64,000 nt of DNA from Octopus vulgaris (Eukaryota), in NCBI GenBank assembly GCA_951406725.2, contig OX597824.1, positions 29,884,001 to 29,948,000 of the forward strand, written 5' to 3'. Made by a program: the position numbers and the translations under genes. This document shows positions 41,759-56,542 of this stretch, one piece after another (positions within the stretch are counted from its first letter, which is position 1; the number at the start of each line of letters is the position of its first letter). Below the pieces are notes generated by a model, which was not told the DNA's origin, did no database searches, and saw only the letters and a list, made by a program, of their open reading frames with translations.

Positions 41759-43044
41759 TATATCTATATCTCTTTCCTTATAAATGTCCTGAAAACTCCT
41801 CACAGCCTTGGCTTTATTATCTATTTTTGTCTAATGTGTGTGTGTGTGTGTGCGTTCGTGTGTGTGTGTATGTGCGCGCACGTGCGTGCGTGTGTGTGTG
41901 TGTGTGTGTGTGCGTGCGTGTGTGTGTGTATCTTTGTGTCTCTGTCCCTCACCACAGTTTGACAACCGTGTTGGTGTGCTTACGTCTCTGTAACATGGCG
42001 GTTCGGCAAAAAACCTACAAAATAAGTACCAGGCCCTCAAACGAAAAACATACGTACTGGATCGATTCATTTGACTAGAAAATTCTTGAAGACGGTGCTC
42101 CAGCATGGCCGCAGTCTAATAACTGAAACAAGTAAAAAGATTTTTAAAAAACGATTTGTAAATATGAAAGATCCCGATATATAGAAATGATATTAATCAT
42201 GGGTTCTGAAAGAGCTAAAGTGAAGAAAGAGTATTATAGAAATGGATTGTATTCAATGCTGTGTGGTTAAGGGGGCTTGCATTCAACAAGAATATTATTG
42301 ATAGTGACTTCGAAATTTCGGCCAGTTAAGCTATGGGCGGACTATGTACATATGTATGTGTGTTTGCGAGCATGTATATATGTGTGTGTCTTTGTATTTT
42401 TATCTATCCCACCCACCACTGCCTGAAAACTGGTGTTGGTTTGTTCACGTTCCCGTAACTTAGCATTAAAAAAATTAAGTACCGGAAATAAAACCCTTCG
42501 AGGCGGTGACTCAGTATTGTCGTTGTCCAATGACTGGAACAAGTGAAAAAGAAAGAACATGGAGGAGAAAGCTCCAATAATATCACCCAAGAAAAAATAT
42601 TTGGTCAGTAAGAGCCAACCGATAAAAACGATTTATACTATTTTATCAATAGCAAAATGAAGCAAAGCAAACTCGGTTAGAGCAGGAGTTAAAGTCCAAA
42701 ATATGAAGGAATATAACTAACTTTTGCAATGTTTTTTTATACAACGAAGAACAACATAATTTAAATACTTATTTTTAATAAATGGAAATTAATTGATCAA
42801 AATTAATAAATGAAAATTAATGGCTTCAGAGACAGAAATTTAATTATTTGGATATATTAATTCATATTATTATTTCACTTTCTACTTTTATTCAATGTGT
42901 TGCTTTTTCATCGATGTAAAAAAAAAAGAAGTCGCAAATGTGTAACAATTTTCAAAGGGAACATGTAAATGAATATGTGTGTGTATATGCAATTTGCAAA
43001 TATATATAGATACGTACACATATGCAGACATACAAATGTAAACA

Positions 43045-43102
<58 letters not shown>

Positions 43103-43511
43103 TATTATATGATTGTATATACATGTGCTTATATACATATATGTATGTATGAGGTATGTATGATGTATGAACATAAAGAAAAGATTGAGCTGGACGAGGA
43201 AGGTGGAAAGGTAGGCGTGGACATAAAAGGCAGACCGAAATTGGACCCAGTGAAGTGTTTACACAGCTTAAACGAATAAGTGCGTGTGTGTGTATGTGTG
43301 TATTTCTGTAAATTTCAACTATATATATATAGGCATACATAAGCATTGATATAGTTATGTTTAGGTCATTTGGTCAATCTAAGAGAAACGAATAAATAGT
43401 AATAATAATATTGGTATCTAATTTTGGCATAAAGCAGCAAATTTTGAGGGAATAGGACAAGTCGATTGCAGCGAGCCCAGCACTTGAGTGGTACTTCAAT
43501 TTATGGATTCT

Positions 43512-43565
<54 letters not shown>

Positions 43566-43777
43566 GAAGGGTCGTGGTCATCGTCGTCGGTGTCGTGGTA
43601 GCAATAGTGGTAGTGGTGGTAATGGTGGTGTTAGTAGTAATAGTAGTAGTAGTGGTGGTGGTGGTGGTGGTGGTGGTGGTTTTAGTGGTGGTGATGGTCG
43701 TCGTCGTCATCGTCGTGGTCGTGGTCGTGGCGGTAGCAATAGTAGTAGTGGTGGTGCTGCTGCTGCTGTTGGTGCTT

Positions 43778-43829
<52 letters not shown>

Positions 43830-45371
43830 ATTGTTGAATAATACAGCCATTGAAAAAATGTATTTATAAGTTAAGGAAGATCTAGGAAAACGCACACATG
43901 CCTGCGTGTAAAGTTTGTGCAAGAGTTTATGTGTATGTGAGTGTGTGTGTGGGTGTGTAATATGTGCGTGTTTCTTTATGATCTGTAACTGAGTGGTTCG
44001 ACAAAATGAGAAGGTTAAAACAAATACTCAAATTGCAGTTAGTACTGCGGTTGATATGATAGATTAGACCATTAAATATAGAATTCCAGCATGGCTGTTG
44101 TCCAATGAGCGGAACCAGAAAAATTAAAATAATATAAGCATATGCGTATGGTTGTGAGTACGTATGTATGTGCGTGTCTCTATGCGTAGGCACATATTCA
44201 TATTTTACTGCGATATGTATATATATTTTACTGCGATATATACATATATATATATATATGTGGGTGTGTATATATATATGTGTGTGTGTGTATGTGTGTG
44301 TGTGTGTGTGTTGAAGGCATCTGCGTATACGTATATACATGTATCTATATACACACACATCCATAGACATGCACGCGCTAACACACACACATACGCATCA
44401 ACGCGCGCGCGCACAGGAAAATATGAATTTGAGCGGTGCTTTATAAGAATAAAGTTGAAAGACTAGTATTTTGGCACAAATAATGTCTATAATTATATGT
44501 GCATATATACATACATATCCATACATACATAATTATATATATATATATATATATACACATACATATATATATATAAATATATGTATATATATATATATAT
44601 TTATTCATTTATATATATATATTTATATATATATACATATATATGTACACATATGTATATATATATATACATACGCACATATATATATATATATATATAC
44701 ATACATACATACATACATACATACATACATACATACGTGTGTGTATGCATATTTACATACATATATACATACACACGTAGCTGTGTGCATGAATCTATAT
44801 GTGTGTGTATGTATGTATGTATGTATGTTGTATGTATGTATGTACGTATGTATCTATGTATGCATGCATGTATGTATGGGTAGGTACATGGATGAATGAG
44901 AGACCTTTCTTGTGTGGTTTCATTCATTGCCTTCCTCTGCTTCCATTCAACTGAATTAAACTACATCCGGTTTCTACTGTACAGGAAACAAGATATTATT
45001 GTAAGAAGATAATCTGGTTTGTAAAGCGAGATGATTGAGAAGGTAAAACACAAAGTATACCATTTACCTATGGGACACATATGTCTATAGCTGCTTACTG
45101 CCTCTTGGTTTTGAGTACCTCTTTACAGATCAGACAAAATAAAAACATGCTGCGTTAATATTGATCAAATGCTGTAGAGGATAAGATATTGATTGGAGTA
45201 CCAGATGATCATTAATCTGCCTGATTTGACACGGCGGAGAAGACGGAGAAGGCGGAGATGATAGGGGTGATTATTTCATTTCTGACGGGGCGAAGTACGT
45301 TTAACTCTCCTTTCGAATACGCTTCTGACCATCTTCAGAGAAGTGAGGTTACTCTTTTTTTCTTTTTTTTT

Positions 45372-45760
45372 TTTACTTGTTTCAGTCATTTGACTGCGGC
45401 CATGCTGGAGCACCGCCTTTAGTCGAGCAAATTGACCCCGGGACTTATTCTTTGTAAGCCCAGTACTTATTCTATCGGTCTCTTTTGCCGAACCGATAAG
45501 TGACAGGGACGTAAACACACCAGCATCGGTTGTCAAGCGATGCTAGGGGGACAAACACAGAAACACAATCATACACACATATACACATATACATATATAC
45601 GACAGGCTTCTTTCAGTTTCCGTCTACCAAATCCACTCACAAGGCATTGGTCGGCCCGAGGCTATAGTAAAAGACACTTGCCCAAGATGCCATGCAGTGG
45701 GACTGAACCCGGAACCATGTGGTTGGTAAGCAAGCTACTTACTACACAGCCACTCCTGCG
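45372..45760 (-). mobile_element. SINE family B
   Basis: Full-length reverse-complement copy. Confidence 0.9.
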
Positions 45761-48700
45761 CTGGTTGTTGAATAGTTTAACATATGAGATGTATCGAGCA
45801 TTGTCTTGACTACAAAGCTTATCAGTGACAAATCTGCTTCAGTTTACACCAAGTTTTTTAAGGAACCGACAATGCTAGCGTCATTCTTTTGAAGTAACGT
45901 AAACTTCATGTATTCCATAGGAATAGTAACCTGTTCGTGTGAGATTTGCAGCTTGTTGTTTTCGTTTTGATTCACTTCGATTCGTTTATCCTATTTTGGT
46001 TCTTTCTAATTCCATCAGTTAACCCTAACCACCCCCAAAACTCATCCGACCAGTAAGAGTTGTTTGATTTAGCTCAAACCGTTAGAAACAATAGCTATAA
46101 TATCGCTTAAATCACACGCATGTGTTTTCGATCACTATATATAAATCAGACCAGCGGGTCACAGATGGAACACCTTTGAACATGCGACTTTGAGGGTGTC
46201 TGATCTGGCTCGGTCCTACTGAGCAAAAGCAACGACCAGGGTTTTAACGCGTGAACTGCAGTTAATTTGACGTGATTCACGTCGTCTGGAACAGATACAA
46301 GAAATTCTAAGAATAAATCCTATTTCTTTACTACTCACAAGGGGCTAAACACAGAGAGGACAAACAAGGACAGACAAACGGATTAAGTCGATTATATCGA
46401 CCCCAGTGCGTAACTGGTACTTATTTAATCGACCCCGAAAGGATGAAAGGCAAAGTGGACCTCGGCGGAATTTGAACTCAGAACGTAGCGACAGACGAAA
46501 TGTTGGTAAACATTTCGCCCGGCGTGCTAACGATTCTGCTAGCTCGGTATGTAAAAGTTTCCGGTGGTCATGCATTTTTACGTATTTTTGCAGACGTAGG
46601 TGAGATTTTAAAGGAAACTAACCGGAAGTCCCTCCTCTCCTCGCCATTGGTGTTTATCTAAGGGAAAAACTGCTGAATTGGACTGATACAACTTGGCAGC
46701 AGTCTAGACATAAACAACCGTGACAGATACCACAAGACGTCTCACCCGATCTTCTAACAGTTCCTGTCAAGGTTCAGCTCCAACTTTCATCCAGTTAGCA
46801 CAATAAATTGTTCGAACCCTGGGAGGTATTTAGTCTAATATTTATATATTACATTAATCCAACCATTAGATTATCAACAACAGCCATTATTAGGCTAGTT
46901 AAAGGCTGCAACATGGCCGAATCGTTAACACACCGGGCAAAATGTTTAGCATCATTTCTTCTGTCTTTATGTTCTGAATTCAAACTTTGTCGAGGTTGAC
47001 TTTGCCTTTTCATCCTTTCGGAGTTGTTAAAATAAGTATCAGTTAGGCATTGAGGTTGATGTAATCGACGTATTCCCACCCCGAACTTGCTGGCCTTGTG
47101 CCAAAATTTGAAGCCATTATTAGGCTAGTTTTATCTTCCCTAAATTATATTTTGTTGCGGTTTTTGTTGATATGGTTGTTATTGTTGTCTCGTCACAGGT
47201 CAGTTCTTATCCAACAAACCTATAATTTTCTAGATTTGGTTTATTATAATATAAGTATTAATGCCTGTGATATAAAGATAACTCGAAATAAGGTTTCGTG
47301 TCATTCATAAAGATATATAGACATATACATATACGTAAATATATGTCTGTGTATGTGCATGGGAGAGAGAGAAAGAGTGAGAGAGTTTCTGTGTTCATGT
47401 GTATACATATATTAACTAACAGCAACCAAGAATCGCTTTATGGCTTGTCAGGATCTGTTTTTATGTTTAACAACCTCCGCCATTTTGGGTTACATACTCA
47501 TGTGAACATTACATAGTAGTGAAGAGCTCATAGTAGTGAACAGTTCATTATGTGTGGTTATTTTTGTTCAATCCCAGAAGATGAATAGTAGGACAGACCT
47601 ATGCGAATAGCTGTTTCACCTCGATTCTCAATACCTACATTATTCAATATTTTTATATTTTTATTTTTATTTTTTTAGCGGTTGTGCTTGACTTAAGAGA
47701 CATATTTTGCTATTTCCAGCACGTTGAGCAAGAGTGTAAGGAGCCCCTTCATTCGCTTCGTTGTTATTATTATTACTACCATATTTGAAATATGGGCACT
47801 CTAAATACCCAGTCCTTTATATTTTCGTTTTCTTTTAAGATATTCCACCCACCTGTTGATCAATTAAAGACAAACGATAGGGAAAATGTCTCCGAGTACT
47901 TTAACCTCAATATTTTTTTTTTGCCCTTAAATTATTTGATCAGCTTAGATCCAGTTGTAACTTCGAATATGTCAACACCAACGCACCCTTATTTTCATGC
48001 TTCGCTTATATTCTTAATTAGGTAACATCAAAGTAAGTCGACTTGCTAGAAGCGGAAGTTAGCTGAAGGACAACATTGGATAGCCTTTTTCGTTTTTACC
48101 TTCTTTTTTTTTCGTGGTAAACTTGGGTATCCCTCATAAACTTTGTCGTTCAGTGAAGTAAATTATTTGTGAGGTCCACGTTATTTTCAAGGACGTAAGG
48201 GGTTTTAACAATGCTGTTATGCCGGAATTATTTTACATACCCATTGGCTCCGGTTGATCAACTCTAATAAATAATGTGCGTATGGGGGGAGTGTGTGTAT
48301 AGTTTATAAGAGGCTTCATTTGATATCATCCGTAATATTTCAGTAGTTTACATAGCTAGCTAATTTTTTTATCTTTTACTTGTTTCAATCAATGGATTGC
48401 GGTCATGTTGGGGCACCACCTGAAAAGGGCTTTAGCAGAACAAATTGACTCCAGTACATATGAATTATATTCCTTAAAGGCTGGTGCTTATCTTATATTG
48501 TGGAACCGCAATTTACGAGGACGTAATCCAACCAGCTTGTTAAAAGGTGTAAAGGGAATAAACACTGACACACTCGCACACACTCGTAACCTGAGTGTTT
48601 GTGTGTGAGTGTGTGGGGGTGTGTGGGGGTGGGGGTGTATGTGTATGTGTGTGTGTTTGTGTTCGTGCGTGTGATGGCTTCCGCACAGTTTCTGTCTAGC

Positions 48701-49227
48701 AAATTCATTCACAAGGTACTGGTCAGCCCGGGGTTATAGTAGCAGACATTTTCCCAAAGTGCTGTGTAGTGGAACTGGACTTGAAACCACGTCGTTGCAA
48801 AGCGAGCATTTTAACAACACGGTGATACCTGCACCAATGAGAACATTTATATTCTACAGGGTTCTAAAACTTCTAATGTAAAAACGCCTTTTTTCCTTCT
48901 TTCACGGCTTTGTTCCTGTATATTCCAGCTGATGACTAGATTTTACCCTCAATTTTCACATTTGTTCGGTATGGCTTCTACATTTTTTCATTTTTGTTAT
49001 TTTCAGATCATCTCTTGGGAAGAAATCTTCCCTTTTTCTTTTTTCACCTCAGAAATACTAAAATCCAGAGACTGTATACTCAACTAGGCTTTCAGAATAA
49101 CTCTTACTCTACGATAGCATTCCTTTCTTATTTTTCCTTTCAATGATGAGTGCTTCATTATATCATCATCAGATATTCCTACATAACTTATAACTAACCT
49201 CATTTATTTTGGCATCCCTATCTAGAC

Positions 49228-49479
49228 CAGCATTTCTGAACCCAAAAGTTCCCTGGAACCCAAAGTTCCGTAAGAGGTTCCTAGGGGTTCCGCGAAAAAG
49301 AGTGAGATAAGTTAATGCTAATTTCATGATCATAATATATTACTATATATGCACAACATATTATTGGCTATTGTAATATTGTAATATAGACATCACCTTA
49401 ACTAACCTATTATGTTATCAAAAAAATATAGCAACTATTGGGGATATACTTAGTGATGCCTGTTGTCTATGGACACCAT

Positions 49480-49534
<55 letters not shown>

Positions 49535-49757
49535 TAAAATCACAATAAGGGTGAAAAAATTGAATATTAATTAATAACATCAATTTAAAACACCAAGTGG
49601 CCTAGCGTAAAAAAACTGTGATACAGTAAAAATTATTAATACAAGTAATAAGAGAGGGACCACATGTGGTCACTCTAACGCTAGAAATAGATCCGCAAAA
49701 TAGATCCGATCTATTTCTAGCGTTAGAGCGACCACATGTGGTCCCTCTCTTATTACT

Positions 49758-49791
<34 letters not shown>

Positions 49792-49793
49792 GA

Positions 49794-49838
<45 letters not shown>

Positions 49839-49967
49839 ATTGACCATGTGAACTATGATGAAAAAATACGACAAAGATATGGTATATATATATATATATA
49901 TATATATTTATGAGACATGTAATTTTATTTAAGGGCTACGCAAGGATAAAACGATAAAGAAACGCTG
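49228..49967. mobile_element. hAT (Charlie-like) non-autonomous element
   Basis: TIRs CAGCATTTCT / AGAAACGCTG; 8-bp TSD atctagac at 49220-49227 and 49968-49975. Confidence 0.88.
49528..49762. mobile_element. Hairpin insertion in (TA)n nested within the hAT element
   Basis: 55-bp arms 49639-49693/49708-49762 with one mismatch. Confidence 0.7.
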
Positions 49968-50089
49968 ATCTAGACTGACGCTGCATGTGACTGATAGTTT
50001 TCCCGTGATAAATCTAATTTTGGCGCTTTGTCAAGCCCGAATTCGGTTTTGATGTTATCACTAAATTGTTGATCATTTTTCGCAAGGAA

Positions 50090-50440
50090 TTTCAAGTCAT
50101 TATTCTAAAGAAGATGGTTGATGGTGTTTTTGTTGCATTCGGAAGTTTACATAGAGGAAACAATGCTAAATGGAATAACAAAGCAGATCGCTTGTCTCCT
50201 TGGAAAATTCCATAATTAGAACCGACTTCTCTAGATTTTATAGTTGTAATGTCCGTGTTGAGAATTAATGTCATTTTCCAGAGTTCCATGACATAAGATA
50301 AAAATTCCTTTTTTATTGGTGAAGCTTTGAATGTCTCTAAGCATTCCCTTATCCAGCTACTAGGAATAGTTACAAAGGCCTTTTTTGTAGTCTGTCCAGG
50401 CCTTTGATAGACATTGCTTTCCTATTGCTGCATCAAGAAT
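50090..50440 (-). mobile_element. R4/Dong-type reverse transcriptase fragment (pseudogene)
   Basis: AWTDYKK/AF..WIRECLE..GIFQGDKRSALLFHLALFPL resembles RT motifs A and B. Confidence 0.75.
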
Positions 50441-50442
50441 CA

Positions 50443-50521
<79 letters not shown>

Positions 50522-50522
<1 letters not shown>

Positions 50523-51100
50523 TAACGCTGGAGATGTACTACGGTGTCAGTTGTTCACTACATGTGAACTAAGGTTACACCTCTTACTTTTCGAGCACCT
50601 TCCGGAGTATTCGGGCGGTTCCAAGCAGTGTTGTTTTCTGCGAGTGCTCCACCCTTATTGCAGCCCATATTTGTTCCATGTACTTCTCGAGATTTTTGCT
50701 CACTGTTCCCAGGACTCCGACAGTTATAGATACTACTACTACCTTTTTCATCGACCACAACTGCTTAACTTCCCAAGCTAACCTCTCATATCTCTCCACT
50801 TTTCTTTCTTCCTTATCGCATATCTTATTGTCAGCTGGGTATGCTATATCTATTATCCAGCATAGTTTGTTTTATTTCTCAATTAAGACTATGCCCGGCT
50901 TTCTATTCTCTATCTCATGGTCGCACTGAATCATAAAATCCCATAGGGTCTTTGTATTTTTATTTTCGATGATGCCTTCGGGTTTGTGGTCGTACCAATT
51001 TTTTGTTCTGTCAAATCCATACTTGTTGCAGTGTCCGATAGACAAGCCTGGCTATATTGTCGTGGCGTCTCTTATATTCCTTCTGGGCTAGTGGCGTACA
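50522..51100 (-). mobile_element. 3' end of R4/Dong-type LINE ending in (TAA)n
   Basis: CTPLAQKEYKRRHDNIARLV..WDFMIQCDHEIENRKPGIVL..IIDIAYPAD..YERLAWEVKQLW..LLGTARILRKVL; (TTA)n on + strand at 50442-50521. Confidence 0.88.
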
Positions 51101-51296
51101 TTGTCTGCCATGCTTAGCGATATTTCGTCTGCCGTTACGTTCTGAATTCAAATTCCTCCGAGATCGACTTTGCTTTTCATCCTTTCGGAGTCGATAAAAT
51201 TACTACCATTTACGTAATGGGGTCGATGTAATCGTCTTAATCCCTTCCCACCAAATTAGAGGCCTTGTGCTTCCAGTAGAAAGGATCATCATCATC

Positions 51297-51362
<66 letters not shown>

Positions 51363-51915
51363 GAGTGAGAGAGCAGTTCATGCCATCAAAGTGACACTGG
51401 GGTAAAATATACGAAGCCCAATATACCCATCATGACTACCCGTCTGATAAGGGTACACCAGGCACATGCATCACAAACATATGTGCGCGACATGGTGATC
51501 TCATATCAAGATAAACAGCACATGACCTTGCAGGTGGGGCCCAGTTAGAATTTCTTTCAGGTTGAGTAGCCCATCCCGCTCAAAAGGTCCCTGAATAAGG
51601 GTTGTTTAAGGATGTTGAAAGAACCACTCATGTTTCCAGAGGTGAATTATTCAAACCCCAAACAATCCCTCTCAACACATGGCTATGATGCTCCCCCACT
51701 ACTTCTGCTCGTGATCAGAGATGCACATATCGTCAGCCACTAAGGGACATGCTCAACTGGTTAAGGTAAAACAACTGACAAGCAAATCTGTGGTATTGAG
51801 CAGAATATTTGCTGTAGCCCATCTTTTATACCAAGACAAAACAATGTACATGATAACACTTCCAATCAGTTAAGATCAGAAGCCATGAGAGCCACTGCCT
51901 GGTACTGCATCAGGG

Positions 51916-51916
<1 letters not shown>
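51363..51916 (-). mobile_element. Non-coding (TAA)n-embedded retroelement, longer copy
   Basis: ~555 bp, both junctions inside pure (TTA)n, no ORF, homologous to 21266-21735. Confidence 0.8.
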
Positions 51917-51999
<83 letters not shown>

Positions 52000-52844
52000 A
52001 TTATTATTTAATTTATCAAAAATTTATATTGCATGGTAACCAATTTGATATACCATAATGCTTCACGTTCAAATACTTGCGACTGGCCACTATGTGTTAT
52101 TTTTGCCCAAATTATGCATTACCATTTAAGCCGTCGCCTGTCTCTTATTACGAACATTGCTGACCACTTTCTTTACAGAAAAATATTCACTGTTAGTTGA
52201 CCACCAAGTATAAAAGAGAGGGTAGGAGGGGGAGTCCGTACCGATGACAGAAGACACGTGTTGCTATTGGTAAAGCTGTCATCGACAAACCTGACCTAAA
52301 TGCCTGACAGAAGGGATATAACGTGTGGCTGAAAGGAAGGTTGAGGTGGGAAGTATGATTTCTTATTTCAGCACAAAAGCCTATCGCGCCACATACATTC
52401 ACTCTCCTCCATCCCCTCAGTCTCTCTCTCTCTTTCTCTCCCTCTCCCCCCTTTCTTTCTCCCTCTCTGTCACACGCACACGCACATATACACAGACACC
52501 CATACGCATGCGTACGAGCACGGAAAGCAGCCCAAGAGAAATGATCCAGGAGGAAGAAGGCTGACGGTCATTGAAAGGGTTGAAGAGGGCGGGGAGTGAC
52601 CCTTTTATTTTCGATTTGGGTAAATAGTAAAGTATAGTATAGTATAGTACTGTTGTTTTTTATTGTTGTTGTTGTTATCACTGTGGTTGCTTCTGTCATT
52701 GTCGATACGTTGGGCCAATTTCTCTCTCTTTCTCCCTCTCTCTCCTCCCAGATCTGTCTGTCAGTCTGTCAGTCTGTTTGTCTGTCTCCCTATATCTCTT
52801 TCTCACACGCACGCATTTCTTTTCTTTCCCTCTTTTCCTTTACC

Positions 52845-52881
<37 letters not shown>

Positions 52882-52904
52882 ACTTCGCTATGTGTATCTC
52901 TCTC

Positions 52905-53008
<104 letters not shown>

Positions 53009-53896
53009 TCTCTCTCTCTCTCTCTGGTGTGTTTACGTTCCCGTAACCTAGCGGTTCGGCAAAAAGAGTCCGATAGATTAAGTACTAGGCTTACAAGAAT
53101 AAGTCCTGGGGATTTACAAAGAATAAGTTAGCGGTTCAGCAAAAGAGACTGATAGAATAAGTACTAGGACGAAAGGCATGGCCGCAGTCAAATGAGAGAA
53201 ACAAGTAAAAGAATGAAGAATAAAGGATAATTTTTTTTATAATTAAATATTAGTCCTGGGGTCGATAATAATTGTATAAAAATAATTATTAAAATAAGAA
53301 ATATTGAATTTCTAAATCTCTCGTAGAGACATGTACGGTGGTGGGGCGATAGAATGGTTATATACTGTCAATCTAACAAGAACGTGACAGTAGGGGGTAC
53401 ACCACCGCTGTATAGCCCTAGGAAGCATCGAACGCCTCCTGATAGCTTTGACACATTTTTTCCCTGTGTCCTTATATACATATACGAAGGGGAGACAAAC
53501 ACCCCCGGCTGCCGGAACTGCATCTAGGTTAAAATATTATTAAAATATTTTGCGTATAGTAGAAGTATAACTGATTTACTACTGCACGTAATTTTTAACA
53601 ACTAAATGTTATATGGGCCCCACCAAGGGCCATATGGACCACGTTTGAGGATCACTGCTCTGTAGTAACATAATTTATGTACGTACACCAATGATTCTAA
53701 GTACATCTTTAAGGTTAGTAATCCCAAGAAAGAAGTTGCTCGTAGATGTTCTGTTCTTTACTGATTTTTCAAGGAAGTTCACATCTGCCGGGCAGCTGAC
53801 CTCCAGTTCAACAGTACATGAGTCTTGTAATGTGTTCCTACATACGTATATACTATACGCAGATATGTGTATGCGCGGACGCATGTGTGTGTATCG

Positions 53897-53978
<82 letters not shown>

Positions 53979-54125
53979 TGTATATTATGTATATATACGT
54001 ATTCATGTATTATATGTACATATGTATGTATACATGCATGGATGTGTATATGTGTGTGTGTTATTGCACGCATTTCCTCTTCCTGATTGCTTCCATTTTG
54101 TAAAACACACATGTGTTTTCTCACA

Positions 54126-54165
<40 letters not shown>

Positions 54166-54287
54166 CTATCTCTATCTCCCTTTGCCTCTCTATCTCTCTC
54201 TTTGCCTTTCTCTCTCCCCCTTTGCCTCTCTCCCTCTCTCTCTCCCTTTGCCTCTCTCTCTTTCCTTGTCTTTCTCTCTTTCTATGC

Positions 54288-54321
<34 letters not shown>

Positions 54322-55135
54322 TTTTATGTCTATAGATAAATAGATATATTTATCTATCTATTTCCATCTCTCTCTCTCGCTCTCTCTCTTTCTTTTTCTC
54401 AGACTCTCACTCATCTACCTCTCTCTCTCTCTCTCTCTCTCATTCCCTCTATATCAAACACACACATATTCACCCGTCTACTCACCTACTATTCGACATT
54501 CCTAAATTGGCCCATCACTTCCTCAACATTTACAAGATTTTGATACCTTCTCTTGCAATGAATTCGAGAATACAGTACAGTAAAACATCCACCCCACACT
54601 TATCCCACTCCAGCTCTTCTCTTTCTGAGTCTTCTCTTCTCTTACTACTACCACCACTACTACTACTACCACTATTATAAACACCAGTACCACTGTCATC
54701 ACTACCACCACCATCATCACCACCACTACCACTACCATCAACACCAGGACCCCTATCACCGCCACCATCGTCATTACCACCACTACTACCGTCACCAACA
54801 CCATCACCATCATCACCACCACCACAACCATCACCACCACCACCACCACTACCACCACTACTACCTGCACCACTACCACCACAACCATCACCACTAATTG
54901 ACCACTGCTACTCCAACACCGCTACCATCATGCCAATACACCACCATTCATATTACACCAGTGCCGCCATCACCACCACCACCACAGCCACTACCGTTAT
55001 ATTACAACATCGCCTCCACCATCAACACCGCTATCAATTCCCCTTCCCCCCGTCAAATCTTGGGTCACAATAGACCTACCACATAACTCTCATACGTAAA
55101 CACCCATTCACCAACACAGACACATAAACAAACAA

Positions 55136-55198
<63 letters not shown>

Positions 55199-55206
55199 TA
55201 CATACA

Positions 55207-55275
<69 letters not shown>

Positions 55276-55549
55276 GGTACGTACATATATGTTTGTATGT
55301 ATGCATATATTTTATTTATTACACTATATATATATATGTATATATATATATACACTCGCTCGTATATCCGTCTCTACGTACATGTACACTAAGCTAGATC
55401 ACCTGAACAAAAAGGTAAATGCTAACAACCAATAGATTGAGTTACGAAGACAGGAAGCTGCTTCGATATAAAAGCAATAAAAGAACCAATTTTGTTTGTT
55501 TTGTTTTTGTTTGTTGTTTTTTTACTTTTTTTGTATTTCATTTTAATTT

Positions 55550-55708
55550 GGCATGTGTTATAAGAAGTTTCATTGCCAGCCACATAGTTCCGGGTTCAAT
55601 CTCACCTTGGGCAACTTTCTCCTACTTTAGCCACGGGCCGACCAAGTCCTTGTTGTGAGTAGATTTGGTTGACGAAAACTGAAAGAAGCACGTCGCACAC
55701 TCACACAC

Positions 55709-55766
<58 letters not shown>

Positions 55767-56030
55767 GTGTGTGTGTGTGCGCGCGTGTGCATGTGTGTGT
55801 GTGTGTGTGTTTGTGATGTGCTTGTCCCCCACCACTACTTGACAACCGGTGTTGGTGTGTTTACATCACTGTAAACTAGCGTTTCGGCAAAAGAAACCGA
55901 TAGAATAAGTACTTGGCTCTACAAAAAAAAAATTTTAAATAAGTACTGGGATCGATTTGTTCGAATCAAAATTTTTCATGGAGGTGCCCCAGCATGGCCA
56001 CAGTTTGATGACTGAAACAAGTAAAATATA
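55550..56030 (+). mobile_element. Diverged SINE family B
   Basis: Head, internal (TG)n and tail recognisable. Confidence 0.75.
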
Positions 56031-56503
56031 TTCCTTCGTTATTGGTAAACGACGTCTTTAACCCACACAACCTTTTCTCATGACACAGATAAAGAGGTTG
56101 GGCTGAAGAAAGGGGGTGGATGACGTCGTCTCCTCATACCAACACTCTGGAGACCAATACCGATAGATCGCCTTTCTATTTTTCTAACCTCTGTCAAAAA
56201 GGATTCATATACGGTTTTGAAGCTCAGATTTCAAGTTCAACAACTTGGTTATTATTACAGTATACTGCGCACACGCGTGTGTGAGTGTGCGCGCGTGCAT
56301 GTGCATATGTGTGTGTGTGCACGCGTGTCTTTGTGTGGGTGTGTGTGTGTGCGTGTGTGTGCGTGTGTGTGTGTCTTTGTGATGTGCTTATCCCCACCAC
56401 CACTACCACCGCTTGGCAACCGATGTTGGCGTGTTTACGTCACCGTAAGCTAGTGTTTCGCCAAAAGACATCGATAGAATAAGTACCGGGCTTTATTAAA
56501 AAA

Positions 56504-56542
<39 letters not shown>

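Larger units (their letters stand above)
41521..41839. mobile_element. ~320-bp palindromic element between (CA)n and (TG)n
   Basis: ~155-bp near-perfect inverted arms around a short loop near 41677-41684. Confidence 0.9.

Noticed and set aside
45305-45340. CTGAAGA..GAAA on the minus strand; similar cores at 8573, 48930 and 57679
   Set aside because: No convincing stem I/II/III pairing
48990-49130. Splice acceptor-like tttgttattttcag
   Set aside because: No convincing open exon or donor site downstream
49680-49690. GCTAGAAATAG resembling the sgRNA scaffold tetraloop
   Set aside because: Only ~11 nt; part of a native repeat motif; the rest of the scaffold is absent
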